The notes: generated by a model not told the origin, from the letters alone. A stretch of 64,000 nt of DNA from an uncultured virus (IMG/VR IMGVR_UViG_2061766007_000627) (IMGVR_UViG_2061766007_000627); one strand, 5' to 3'; numbered from the stretch's first letter, positions 29,778-39,687 are shown. A program made the numbers and translations.

Positions 29778-31030
29778 TACAGGAGCAGTTCCTAAACTAT
29801 CTTCTTGCGACAAAAGACAATTCACTAATTACATTAAACAATCTTACTGATGAGTTTTTCTCTGACTACGAGAAAGAGTTTAACTTCATTAGTCAGCATT
29901 ATAATGAGTATGGGGTTATTCCTGACCTCACTACTTTTGTTGCCGAATTTCCTAACTTTGATGTTATGCAGGTGAACGAGCCTGCGAGTTATCTCATTGA
30001 TAAACTGTATGAAGATAGGAATTCACGCAAACTTGCTGAACTGTTTAATAAGGTCAGAGATGAGTTTATCAAAGGCAATATAGATAATGCCACTAATCTT
30101 TATCTCAATTCTATGTCAGATATTGCGAGAGCAAGACACATAGAGAGCATTGATATTCTTCGTGACACATCACGATATGATGCTTACATAGATAGAACAG
30201 AAGATTGGAAGAAATACTTTATTAAGACAGGCTTTCCAGAACTCGACCAGATAATAGGGGGTTGGGACAGACAAGAAGAACTTGCTACGATTGTTGCTCG
30301 TTCTAATATGGGTAAGTCTTGGATATTGATTAAGTGTGCTTGTGCCGCCGCTGAACAAGGATTGCGTGTCGGTATCTATTCTGGCGAAATGAGTGAACGC
30401 AAAGTAGGTTATAGAATAGACACGCTTATCGGACACATCTCAAATACTGCCCTTACAAAAGGAAAACGAGAGATACAGAACGAATACAAACAATTTCTTG
30501 ATTCGCTTCCGCAGAAATATTCAGGAGTTATGAAAGTTTTAACTCCTAATATGATAGGTGGTCCAGCGGGGGTAACGGCACTTCGAGCATTTGTTGAAAA
30601 AGATAACCTCGATGTACTCTTTGTAGACCAACATTCACTTCTTGAAGATGATAGAAAAGCAAAGAACCCAGTAGAGCGGGCAAGCAACATTTCAAAAGAT
30701 TTAAAGAACTTGCAGGTACTTAAACAGATTCCGATTATCTCTGTATCACAGCAGAATAGAACAAGTACGGAAAATGGAGTAGGACTTGAACATGTAGCGC
30801 AATCTGATAGAATAGCGCAAGACAGCACTATTGTACTTTTCTTTGAACAGAAAGACGGCATAATTAAGATGCACTTGGTCAAGTCAAGAGATAGTGCAAA
30901 TATGAAAGACTTATCTTATGCCGTAGACTTTGACCAAGGTATATTCAAGTATATACCTGAAGAAAACAACGCACTTGATGGGCAAGGTGCGGCAGAACTT
31001 ATAGAAGAATATGAAGAGGATATGTTTTGA
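29765..31030 (+). CDS. dnaB: DnaB-like replicative helicase
   Basis: TGFPELD...ARSNMGKS, SGEM, FVDQ, SQQNR, IAQDS, KSR. Confidence 0.9.
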   Translation: MGRVIQEQFLNYLLATKDNSLITLNNLTDEFFSDYEKEFNFISQHYNEYGVIPDLTTFVAEFPNFDVMQVNEPASYLIDKLYEDRNSRKLAELFNKVRDEFIKGNIDNATNLYLNSMSDIARARHIESIDILRDTSRYDAYIDRTEDWKKYFIKTGFPELDQIIGGWDRQEELATIVARSNMGKSWILIKCACAAAEQGLRVGIYSGEMSERKVGYRIDTLIGHISNTALTKGKREIQNEYKQFLDSLPQKYSGVMKVLTPNMIGGPAGVTALRAFVEKDNLDVLFVDQHSLLEDDRKAKNPVERASNISKDLKNLQVLKQIPIISVSQQNRTSTENGVGLEHVAQSDRIAQDSTIVLFFEQKDGIIKMHLVKSRDSANMKDLSYAVDFDQGIFKYIPEENNALDGQGAAELIEEYEEDMF

Positions 31031-31188
31031 TGAAGAAAGACCAGGTTCTGGAAAATTTAAGAAACATAGAAGAAATAATGATGAGAACATCTAGCCGTTC
31101 AGATATATGGCAGGATAGATACATATACTGGATAGCAAAAGCAATCAATGATATACTGACCGATATGTATAGGAAGAAAGATGAATGA
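31030..31188 (+). CDS. Small hypothetical protein (52 aa; absent from the ORF track)
   Basis: ATG overlaps the dnaB stop (TGATG) with GAGG upstream. MKKDQVLENL...RKKDE fills the gap exactly. Confidence 0.6.
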   Translation: MKKDQVLENLRNIEEIMMRTSSRSDIWQDRYIYWIAKAINDILTDMYRKKDE

Positions 31189-31486
31189 AGTAGAAAAATT
31201 TATAATCAAGTTTAATCTGTTTGGCAAGCAGGTTAAAAAGTGCTTTACTGAGGGCAACTGTTACTGGTTCGCACACATATTGCACACAAGGTTTCCAGGC
31301 AGTTATATCATGATTAATAATGTAGAAAATCATTTTGCCTGTAAGATAGAGGATGAACTTTATGATATTACGGGTAAGTGTGCTGATAAATATAAAGGTG
31401 AGTGGGTAGATTGGAATTATTATCAAATGGCTGACCCTACGCACAGTAAAAGAATTATTGAATGCTGTATCGAGAAAGTGAGGTAG
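31181..31486 (+). CDS. Hypothetical protein
   Basis: 101 aa with a GNCYWFA..L...H...YDITG pattern; coupled to its neighbours. Confidence 0.6.
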   Translation: MNEVEKFIIKFNLFGKQVKKCFTEGNCYWFAHILHTRFPGSYIMINNVENHFACKIEDELYDITGKCADKYKGEWVDWNYYQMADPTHSKRIIECCIEKVR

Positions 31487-31490
31487 TGCT

Positions 31491-32051
31491 ATGCCTAAAG
31501 TAGAATTAGTGGGCGTATATGGACTAGAAGAAAGTGTTGTAGGAAGTAAGTTTCCGATGATGACGAACACATCAAAGGCAACACCTGAAATTACGAAAAC
31601 AGTTAATAGCCTTGCTTCTTCAGAAAAGAGTGAAGGACATGACCAGTTCCTTACTGGTATTACCGTTATTTTCGATTTGACTTTTTCTAATAAGGCGTGG
31701 GTAGAAGCAGAAAGGTACACTTTCCTTAACTTCATTTCAAGTCAATCCACTATGCACAAAATGGCGAACTTCGATATAAGATTGTCGTGCAACGATTATG
31801 TTACAGATGCTATCGTAGCGGAGTGCGAAAAGTTGAAGAACATTTATAACATAAATCCTACAAAAGAAAACTACCTTACCTTACTTTATAATATCCCAAG
31901 TGGGTTTGAACTGACTGCAAGAATGGTTACGAACTACAGGTGCTTGAAGAACATATATAGTCAGAGAAGGCACCACAGACTTCCAGACTGGCAGATATTC
32001 TGTGACTGGTGTGAAACTCTACCTTACTTCAAGGAATGGTTTGTAGAGTAG
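31491..32051 (+). CDS. ThyX-like (flavin-dependent thymidylate synthase fold) protein, divergent
   Basis: GHDQFL, ERY...SSQSTMH, P.G......TNYR.L......R align loosely with ThyX motifs, but the canonical RHR is absent. Confidence 0.5.
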   Translation: MPKVELVGVYGLEESVVGSKFPMMTNTSKATPEITKTVNSLASSEKSEGHDQFLTGITVIFDLTFSNKAWVEAERYTFLNFISSQSTMHKMANFDIRLSCNDYVTDAIVAECEKLKNIYNINPTKENYLTLLYNIPSGFELTARMVTNYRCLKNIYSQRRHHRLPDWQIFCDWCETLPYFKEWFVE

Positions 32052-32120
32052 TTTTTTAAATAACTTGCCGCAGCACGCGCTGCAACCGGGGCCAGGAACG
32101 GGAACTTATTAAGAAAACTA
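32049..32120. other. GC-rich structured intergenic element
   Basis: Imperfect 18-bp inverted repeat (32049-32066 / 32103-32120) enclosing a core with 28 of 36 G+C and a GCAGC-ACGC-GCTGC hairpin. Confidence 0.55.
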
Positions 32121-32126
32121 AATGTT

Positions 32127-33107
32127 ATGGAACTGATACTTTACAACAGAATAATAGATGCGGATATAGAAGACATACTCAACAAACTCAAAGTTGAGAG
32201 TGGCGGGAAGTATCTNNNNNNNNNNNNNNNNNNNNNNNNNNNNNTCGCCATCACCTGTCCATTTCATAAAGACGGGCAGGAAAACAAGCCCTCTTGTTTT
32301 GTCTATAACCGAACAGACAACCCAAAAGTTACCTTTGGAACATATAATTGTTTTACGTGTGACGAAAAAGGTGCATTGTATGTGTTAATATCAAAGGTGC
32401 TGAACTGTTCATATGAAGAAGGAAAACAATGGCTGATAGAAAACTTCTCTACTAAATATGAAGATAGGCGACCTTATCTTGATGCTTTCGAGCTAGAAGA
32501 GAAAACGAAAGAGTATTTAGATGAAAGTATTTTAGAGCAGTATTCCTATTTTCACCCATATCAGTTTAAGCGCGGTTTGTCAGAAGAAGTGGTGCGAAAG
32601 TTTAGAATAGGGTATAACGAAAAAACGGATTCAATAACAATGCCCGTCTGGGATGATAGGGGAAATCTTGTAGGCATTACTGAAAGAAGTGTTATTGGAA
32701 AAAGGTTTTTCATACCAAAGGATATGGACAAACCAGTTTATCTTCTTAATTATATAAAACAAGAAGGCATAACTACAGTTGCTGTGTGTGAGGGTCAGAT
32801 AGATGCACTTGTATCTTGGTCGAGGGGGCTTCCTGCAGTTGCACTTCTTGGCGCAGGAACAACAGATAAACAGATTGATTTGCTTAATACGAGCGGCATT
32901 AGACATTTTATTCTTATGTACGATAATGACCTTGCAGGACAGCACGGAGCATTACGACTAAAAAATGGTTTGTCAAAAGACAAGATGATAACAGAAATCA
33001 TAATGCCACAAGGCAAAGATGTAGCGAGTTGTACTGATGAAGAATTTTTTACTCTTTTGCAAAACGCAGGAATAAATTTGAAAAAGTGTATTTACAAGAG
33101 CGAGTAG
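32127..33107 (+). CDS. dnaG: DnaG-type DNA primase
   Basis: CPFH...E.KPSC...YNCFTC zinc domain; TOPRIM motifs VCEGQIDA and YDNDLAG. Confidence 0.9.
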   Translation: MELILYNRIIDADIEDILNKLKVESGGKYXXXXXXXXXXXAITCPFHKDGQENKPSCFVYNRTDNPKVTFGTYNCFTCDEKGALYVLISKVLNCSYEEGKQWLIENFSTKYEDRRPYLDAFELEEKTKEYLDESILEQYSYFHPYQFKRGLSEEVVRKFRIGYNEKTDSITMPVWDDRGNLVGITERSVIGKRFFIPKDMDKPVYLLNYIKQEGITTVAVCEGQIDALVSWSRGLPAVALLGAGTTDKQIDLLNTSGIRHFILMYDNDLAGQHGALRLKNGLSKDKMITEIIMPQGKDVASCTDEEFFTLLQNAGINLKKCIYKSE

Positions 33108-33119
33108 ATATGATATTAT
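33091..33119 (+). promoter_or_regulatory. SigmaA-type promoter, extended -10
   Basis: TTTACA-N17-TATTAT with TG at 33111; upstream of the SSB gene. Confidence 0.7.
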
Positions 33120-33162
33120 TCGATTGTAAGAAAAAACTATTGCCGAACAAAAATCAAAGGAG

Positions 33163-33909
33163 ATGAACATTATGGCAAGACAGACTTATGCAGACGTTAG
33201 TTCTAACAACACAAATTCTAATTCCGATGGGTACAAGGTAGGTTTCTTCAATATCAAAGATGGTGAAGAAGCAATCGTAAGATTTGTACTTAATTCCGTA
33301 GATGACTTTGACATTTACACGGTTCACCCTATTACTGTTGGTCAGTCATCTTATCCTAACAGAAGGGTATCCTGCTTGAGAACAAATCCGAAAACAGACC
33401 CTATGAACATTTGCCCGCTGTGTGCAAAAGGTGAAAAGGTACAGCAAAGAATCTATATCAAGATGATTCAGTATGTGAACGAGGATGGACGGATTGTTCC
33501 TAAAGCAGTTGTTTGGGACAGACCCGCATTTTCGTATGCTCCACAGCTGAAATCATATCTTGATAACTATGGACCGCTGACAAATATTGTATGCAAGATA
33601 GTTAGGCATGGTGGCGGTCTTGATACCAAGTATGACATAATTCCTAATCTCAATCCGCAGATGTACAATGAGCAGCTGTATGTTAAAGACTTTAGTGACT
33701 TTGACAATTTCAATGTACTCGGTGGAATGATTATGAATAAGTCCTTTGAAGAAATAAATCAATTTGTTCTTACTGGAGAATTTCCTGCTTCCCAGAACAA
33801 TTTGGTTGCTACAAGTTCTCCTACCCCTGCTGTACCTCCACAGCAGACACCTAGACAGGAAATTCCTAATGCTCAGCCCACAATGAGCAGACCTGTAAGA
33901 TACTATTGA
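33163..33909 (+). CDS. Single-stranded DNA-binding protein (gp32-like)
   Basis: FF.IKDGE...VRF, H...C...CPLC zinc ligands, R.G.G.DT.Y, and a disordered tail. Confidence 0.7.
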   Translation: MNIMARQTYADVSSNNTNSNSDGYKVGFFNIKDGEEAIVRFVLNSVDDFDIYTVHPITVGQSSYPNRRVSCLRTNPKTDPMNICPLCAKGEKVQQRIYIKMIQYVNEDGRIVPKAVVWDRPAFSYAPQLKSYLDNYGPLTNIVCKIVRHGGGLDTKYDIIPNLNPQMYNEQLYVKDFSDFDNFNVLGGMIMNKSFEEINQFVLTGEFPASQNNLVATSSPTPAVPPQQTPRQEIPNAQPTMSRPVRYY

Positions 33910-33927
33910 TTTATCCTTTCGTTCTTT

Positions 33928-33961
33928 GGGGAGATACGCATAGTATCTCCCCTATATTTTT
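33928..33961 (+). terminator. Intrinsic terminator after the SSB gene
   Basis: GGGGAGATAC-GCATA-GTATCTCCCC followed by TATATTTTT. Confidence 0.75.
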
Positions 33962-33972
33962 CGGAGGTATTT

Positions 33973-36396
33973 ATGGCTAATTTGTGGGGTGACGCTTTTG
34001 AAGTTAAAAAAGTGTCAACGAAGAAAGTTCTTGAAAAGACATCTAATCCGAAACAAATAGAAGTTGTTTCGAGTGATAGAATATTAAAATCTAAAAAGGT
34101 TTCTGATAAAGATAAAATTAAGCTCATTCGTCAAGAAGTAACACGAGTTCTTGGTTCTTATTCCGAAAACACTCTTGTTATTAAGTCTTATGATAAGTTT
34201 AAGTCATATATTGATAAGGCAATAGCAAATGGCGTTGTTGCAGTTGATACAGAAACGAACAATTCATTAGACCCAATTTCCTGTAAATTGATGGGTCTTT
34301 GTTTATATACACCAGGAGAGAAAAACGCATATACTCCAGTTAATCACATAGATATAGATACACGAAAGAGATTTGACTGGCAGGTAACCGAAGAACAAAT
34401 AAGGGAACAATTATATCGGCTTACCGATGTAACAACGGTAATGCACAATGGTAAGTTTGATTATGAGGTTCTTAAATGCACCTGCGGAATATCTTTACAC
34501 ATTGATTGGGATACGCTCGTTGGAGTAAAGATTTTGAATGAGTTAGAACGGGCGGGATTAAAGCAGCAGTATATAGAGAAAATAGACCCAAGTATTGAGA
34601 AGTATTCTATCGAAGGCTTATTTGAAAAGATAGAGTATGCGGTTATTGAACCTGAATTGTTTGCATTGTACGCCGCTACCGATGCCTATATGACGTACAA
34701 ACTTTATGAGTACCAGAAAGAGCAACTTCTGAAGCCAGAAAACGCTCGTCTTTATTCTCTGTTTAGTACAATAGAAATGCCTGTAGTTCCTGTTGTTGCA
34801 GAAATGGAATTAGCAGGAGTTTGCATTGATGCCGAATATGCTAAGCGTTTATCTGCAAAATACCATAAGATGTATGAAGAATTAGAGAAAGAGGTTGCTG
34901 ATGAATTAGCAAAGTATGATACAATAATTGCAAACTGGAGATTGACCCCAGAAGCAAACAAGAAAGAGTTGAAAAATGGCAAGCCACAAAAATCAAAGAA
35001 TGAGCAGTTGGAGAGTCCTGTTAATATTGCCTCTCCAACACAACTTGCTATTCTGCTTTACGATGTTCTTAATGTTCCTATCGTAGACAAGAAATCTCCG
35101 AGGGGTACAGGAGAGCCAATCTTAAAGAAAATAGATTTGCCTATCTGTAAATTGATTTTACAGTCAAGGGGGCTGCTTAAACTTATCAACACATATATAG
35201 ACAAACTTACGGAGTGCGTTTCTCCAGTTGACGGAAGGCTTCACGCACATTTCAATCAGTTCGGTGCTGACACAGGAAGATTCAGTTCTTCCGACCCTAA
35301 CTTACAGAATATACCTTCACACAATAATGAAATAAGAATGATGTTCACAGCACAACCTGGATATGTATTAGTGGGCGGGGATTACTCACAACAAGAGCCA
35401 CGAATTCTATCACACTATTCAGGTGATGAACATATGATAGAAGCATATTCTGAAAATAAGGACTTATATGCTATGATTGCTTCCAAGGTTTATCATAATA
35501 AGTATGAAGATAATCTAGAGTTTAATCCGATTACGGGGGCAATACAGCCAGATGGGAAACAGCGAAGAACATCCTGTAAAGGACTTCTTTTAGGAATAAT
35601 GTATGGTAGGGGAACAGCCTCTATTGCTGAATCCTTGAAATGTTCTTTTGAGGAAGCAGATGAGATAAAAAATGGGTTCTTCAAGGAATTTCCTAAAGTA
35701 GAAAGATGGATAAGTGAAACGCAGGAGTTTGCTAAACAGTATGGATATGTAGAAGATGTATGGGGTAGACGAAGAAGACTTCCAGATATACAGCGAGAAA
35801 AGTATGAAGTTAGTTTTAAGAATCCTTCGGCTACATTTAATCCCCTGTTTGGGGCAACAGGAAAGTATAATCCGAATAACGCTCGACTAATTGAGGAATA
35901 TAAAACCCGGCTTTCTAATTGCAGATATAAAAAAGATGTTGACCAGGTAAAGCAGGAAGCACCAAGACAAGGAATAGTTATTAAAGATAATACTGGTTTT
36001 ATCGCACAGGCAGAAAGGCAATGTGTTAATGCCCGTATTCAGGGTGGAGCTGCTTCTATGAGTAAGCGGGCAATGATAAATGTATCAAAGAATAAGGAAC
36101 TTAAAGATTTAGGATTTAAATTGCTCATAGCAGTACACGATGAGTTGATAGGAGAATGTCCTATTGAAAATGCAGAAAGGGTAAAAGAACTTCTTTCCTA
36201 CGAAATGATACAATCGGCAAAGCCTGATGTATTGGTGCCTATGAAATGTGATACAGATGCTTTTCCTTCGTGGTATTATGATGTGTATAGTGCGGAAATA
36301 AAAAAGGAATATGCTAAATTGAATTCCGATTTTGACCAACTTTGTCAGAATCACACGGAGTGTACAAAAGAGCAACTCGCTAGTATACTAACTTGA
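33973..36396 (+). CDS. polA: Family A DNA polymerase with 3'-5' exonuclease
   Basis: DTET, HNGKFD, YAATD; TGRFSSSDPNLQNIP, DYSQQEPR, K....GIMYG, N..IQG, VHDE. No 5'-3' exonuclease domain. Confidence 0.95.
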   Translation: MANLWGDAFEVKKVSTKKVLEKTSNPKQIEVVSSDRILKSKKVSDKDKIKLIRQEVTRVLGSYSENTLVIKSYDKFKSYIDKAIANGVVAVDTETNNSLDPISCKLMGLCLYTPGEKNAYTPVNHIDIDTRKRFDWQVTEEQIREQLYRLTDVTTVMHNGKFDYEVLKCTCGISLHIDWDTLVGVKILNELERAGLKQQYIEKIDPSIEKYSIEGLFEKIEYAVIEPELFALYAATDAYMTYKLYEYQKEQLLKPENARLYSLFSTIEMPVVPVVAEMELAGVCIDAEYAKRLSAKYHKMYEELEKEVADELAKYDTIIANWRLTPEANKKELKNGKPQKSKNEQLESPVNIASPTQLAILLYDVLNVPIVDKKSPRGTGEPILKKIDLPICKLILQSRGLLKLINTYIDKLTECVSPVDGRLHAHFNQFGADTGRFSSSDPNLQNIPSHNNEIRMMFTAQPGYVLVGGDYSQQEPRILSHYSGDEHMIEAYSENKDLYAMIASKVYHNKYEDNLEFNPITGAIQPDGKQRRTSCKGLLLGIMYGRGTASIAESLKCSFEEADEIKNGFFKEFPKVERWISETQEFAKQYGYVEDVWGRRRRLPDIQREKYEVSFKNPSATFNPLFGATGKYNPNNARLIEEYKTRLSNCRYKKDVDQVKQEAPRQGIVIKDNTGFIAQAERQCVNARIQGGAASMSKRAMINVSKNKELKDLGFKLLIAVHDELIGECPIENAERVKELLSYEMIQSAKPDVLVPMKCDTDAFPSWYYDVYSAEIKKEYAKLNSDFDQLCQNHTECTKEQLASILT

Positions 36397-36424
36397 TAAT
36401 TGTATAAAATTGATTATTTATGTA

Positions 36425-36453
36425 TTGACATTAAAATTGGGGTAGTGTATAAT
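36425..36453 (+). promoter_or_regulatory. Perfect-consensus sigmaA promoter
   Basis: TTGACA-N17-TATAAT with an AT-rich upstream tract. Confidence 0.9.
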
Positions 36454-36493
36454 GTAACTGTAGTTGGGAGATATTATATAAGGAGGTACAACT

Positions 36494-37168
36494 ATGGGAA
36501 CATCTAAACTTGACCCGTTCTGGGACGATTTCTTTGAACAGTTTATTCGTACTCTGCTTGCAGACGGATATGATGAGTTTGAAATCCTTGATAAGATGAT
36601 GAACATCTTTAAGATGGTTCGAGGTTCAAACAACGATGAAGTTGTAGTTGAAAAACCTGAAAATCCAGTTGTAGAGACCGCTCCTATTGTTGAAGCAAAT
36701 GAGGTCGAACAAGAGATTTCAGAAGATGCCACAGATGACATAATCCCACTTATACCTAAAAGTAGGCGAAACCCAAATGCGAAGCCACCGTGTGAGCATA
36801 CGAATTATGATAAAACTCTTTCTACAAAGTTTGAACATGAGCGTGTGTATATTCAGGGGGCAAAGGCAGAAAGTTTGGCTACGATTGAAGTTGGACCAAA
36901 TAATAGGGTGCGTGATGTGTATAAACTTGTTGGCACAGGTGAGGTTTACAATGAGCATCAGTATCTGAAAACCTTTAATCACTATTTCAATCCAGACAAT
37001 GCCGAAGAATGGAAATGGCGCAATAAGGCACGAATTGTGTTTGAGGCAAATCCAAAAGTTCATATGGGCATAGTTAAATCAAACAGATACTATTATAAAC
37101 TTAATTCAATCGAAGATATAAAGAATTTTGTTCCTGATGGTAGGGGCAGAAAATCAAAAACTTTTTAG
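36494..37168 (+). CDS. Hypothetical protein, probably highly expressed early
   Basis: AAGGAGGT RBS directly behind the consensus promoter; acidic linker and basic C-terminus. Confidence 0.7.
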   Translation: MGTSKLDPFWDDFFEQFIRTLLADGYDEFEILDKMMNIFKMVRGSNNDEVVVEKPENPVVETAPIVEANEVEQEISEDATDDIIPLIPKSRRNPNAKPPCEHTNYDKTLSTKFEHERVYIQGAKAESLATIEVGPNNRVRDVYKLVGTGEVYNEHQYLKTFNHYFNPDNAEEWKWRNKARIVFEANPKVHMGIVKSNRYYYKLNSIEDIKNFVPDGRGRKSKTF

Positions 37169-37174
37169 AGGAGG

Positions 37175-38299
37175 ATGTATATGAAAGTAACTCTTTCAAC
37201 ACTTAAAGAAGCCTGTTCAAAACTGACTGTTGCATTAGATTCAGATGGGATAAATCCTATTACTAATGCACTTGAACTTTACGCAGAAGACGGAACTCCT
37301 GAACTGTCAATCAAGTTGACTAACCTTGAATATACAGTTAAGGTAACGATACCGCTTTCTGTTGCAGAAGATTTCCATACTACGGTATCTGCTGACATTT
37401 TTATTAAACTAATATCGCAGCTTACTACAGAAACCGTGGATTTGAGTATTTCTGAAAATGTTGTTGTAGTTACGGCAGATGGTACATATAAACTTCCGAT
37501 TCTTTATGTAGGAGAGCAGATGCTTACTATTCCTACCTTGACTCTTGAAACGGAAACAAGTACCTTCAAAATGCCGATTACTAATATGCAGACCATTAGC
37601 ACATATAACTCTAAAGAGCTTGCTAAAGGCGTAGCAGTAAAGCCTGTACAGAAGATGTATTATCTTGATAAAGAAGGCTGTATCACATTTACTTCCGGGG
37701 CATGCGTTACAGATTTTACTTTAAGCGAAGATGTCAAGATGCTTTTGCCAGGTAAGATAATAAATCTGTTTAAGTTATTTAAGGAAAAAGAAGTTACTTG
37801 GAAATTAGGAACACGCACTGTTTCTGGTAGTGTTATAAATATGCTTTCTCTTACAGAAAAGCAACTTGAAGTTATAGCACTTATTCCGAGTGACGTGGCT
37901 TTAATAAATAGTGTGCCGAAAGACGCTATTCGTACAATGGCAACAGGAGAATATCCATATACACTTTATCTTAATAAACAGAAACTGGCTAATGCGATTG
38001 AGCGTATCTTATTGTTTATGCCGAGAGATATGTACTCCGAACCATATGGTAAGTTTGAATTTGCTACCGACAGCATTTCTATTTATGACCGCAGTAAGGC
38101 TAATGTTGAACAGTTGTCTTATGGAGAAAACTCTATCATTCCTGATGAAACAAAATCTATCGTGTTAGATTTTAATGATGTTAGGGTGGTGCTTGATGCC
38201 ATTAAAGATGAAACAGTAATATTCAAGTTCGGAAATGATACATCTGTTCTGATTCAGCGTTCAGGTGTAACTAACATTATTCCAGAGTGTGTGCTATAA
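37175..38299 (+). CDS. dnaN: Sliding clamp, bacterial beta (DnaN)-like
   Basis: About 374 aa; L....TNLE, F.KLI..L, L...KL.NAI.R and C-terminal IIP patterns; clamp loader genes nearby. Confidence 0.7.
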   Translation: MYMKVTLSTLKEACSKLTVALDSDGINPITNALELYAEDGTPELSIKLTNLEYTVKVTIPLSVAEDFHTTVSADIFIKLISQLTTETVDLSISENVVVVTADGTYKLPILYVGEQMLTIPTLTLETETSTFKMPITNMQTISTYNSKELAKGVAVKPVQKMYYLDKEGCITFTSGACVTDFTLSEDVKMLLPGKIINLFKLFKEKEVTWKLGTRTVSGSVINMLSLTEKQLEVIALIPSDVALINSVPKDAIRTMATGEYPYTLYLNKQKLANAIERILLFMPRDMYSEPYGKFEFATDSISIYDRSKANVEQLSYGENSIIPDETKSIVLDFNDVRVVLDAIKDETVIFKFGNDTSVLIQRSGVTNIIPECVL

Positions 38300-38769
38300 T
38301 GGGTCAGTCAATCGGTAAAAAGTTTGAAGAACGCTTCAAAATAGACTGGGTAAAAACTTTTCCTAACTCAACAATTACCCGCTTGTATGACGTTACAAGC
38401 GGGTATACTGCTATAAATACTATTTCTGATTTTATTTGTTATAACTATCCTAATCAGTTTTTCGTAGAGTGTAAATCGCATAAAGGAGCATCGCTTCCGA
38501 TTGCGAATATCACACAGTATGATAAAATGGTGAAGGAAGTCGGCAAACAGGGTGTTCGTGTCGGTGTGGTATTGTGGTTGATAGAAAAAGATAAAGTATA
38601 TTATATTCCAGTTAGCACTTTAAAGAAGATGAAAGAAGATGGCAAGAAATCAGTCGGCTTAAAAGCAGTTGAAGAAGGTTATCGTATTATTGATATTCCT
38701 GCCAAAAAGTTACTGCGATATATGGAGTGTGACTATTCTTGCTTAATGGAATTAGCGGAAGGGGAGTAA
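38287..38769 (+). CDS. recU: RecU-like Holliday junction resolvase
   Basis: GKKFE, SDF.......FFVECKS, Q, GKKS motifs. Confidence 0.7.
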   Translation: MCAIMGQSIGKKFEERFKIDWVKTFPNSTITRLYDVTSGYTAINTISDFICYNYPNQFFVECKSHKGASLPIANITQYDKMVKEVGKQGVRVGVVLWLIEKDKVYYIPVSTLKKMKEDGKKSVGLKAVEEGYRIIDIPAKKLLRYMECDYSCLMELAEGE

Positions 38770-39321
38770 ATGAAACAGCAGATTGAAGAAAGAATGCCTG
38801 CAATAGAAACGAGTAGTGCAGACATAACTAATATACTTTCTAATGTGGTGTCGCAGTATACGAAAAACCTTGATGAAATAATGTATGGCATAGAACGTGA
38901 TATACTGCAAGTAGCTAATCCTGCTATTTATACGATAGAACAGTATTTTCTTAATCTGTCATCTTGCCTGTATTTTATGTGTGAGCAGGTAGAGAAACTT
39001 GGTGTATACGATTCTATCAGCAAGTCAAAAGCACAGGAAACTTACAACAACAGATACTTGCAGTATCAGTTTGACACGACAGACAAGAAGAAAAAACCTA
39101 CTGTTGCTGAACTTACGGCTATGGCAGAGAACGATGCTCTGTATGACAAGACCGTAAATGACCTTTATAATAAAGCATATAAGATAGTAAAAAATAAAGT
39201 GTCTGCCGCAGAAACTATGATAAGTACATTAAGTAAAATTCTGTCACATAGGGTGCAGGAGTCACAGATGACGATGACACAAACAGGAAGAAGAATACTT
39301 AATGAAGAGGTGGTGTTCTAA
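38770..39321 (+). CDS. Helical protein, possibly a UvsY-like recombination mediator
   Basis: All-helical, K.TVAEL...A pattern, located near recA. Confidence 0.4.
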   Translation: MKQQIEERMPAIETSSADITNILSNVVSQYTKNLDEIMYGIERDILQVANPAIYTIEQYFLNLSSCLYFMCEQVEKLGVYDSISKSKAQETYNNRYLQYQFDTTDKKKKPTVAELTAMAENDALYDKTVNDLYNKAYKIVKNKVSAAETMISTLSKILSHRVQESQMTMTQTGRRILNEEVVF

Positions 39322-39675
39322 ATGCTGAATGTAGGATTTATTTTCCAGCCACATTTTAAGAGTCGCTGTTTTCGTGTGGCGCTACAAGACCAAAGGGGCA
39401 GAGATAATAACTATATAGTAGTTACATGTTCACCCAAGTACAATGGTGTCTGGAAGTATGCTCCACAGAATATTGAAAAATATGATACCTGGCAGAATGG
39501 TAATGTAAAATGTGTTTGTGTTCCCATAACAGATTGTGTTAAAGTAAGAACACTACAGGAGATTATCGACCCAGCGATGAAAAAGAAAATCAAAGAACAG
39601 CAGTCACAGTGGTATGATAATCAGATTAAGAACCGCAATTACAATTATGTAGAACGTCCAGAGTGGATGATTTAA
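39322..39675 (+). CDS. Hypothetical protein
   Basis: 117-aa ORF abutting its neighbours, GAGGTG RBS. Confidence 0.6.
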   Translation: MLNVGFIFQPHFKSRCFRVALQDQRGRDNNYIVVTCSPKYNGVWKYAPQNIEKYDTWQNGNVKCVCVPITDCVKVRTLQEIIDPAMKKKIKEQQSQWYDNQIKNRNYNYVERPEWMI

Positions 39676-39687
39676 GGAGGGTTAGAA

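Noticed and set aside
32067..32102. SRP RNA, tRNA or known ribozyme in the GC-rich element
   Set aside because: There is only a partial GCCAGG...GGAA likeness; no downstream AGCAG, cloverleaf or catalytic core consensus was recognisable.
35780..36000. Intein or intron in polA
   Set aside because: The insert is in frame, short, and lacks intein C/S...HN termini or endonuclease motifs.
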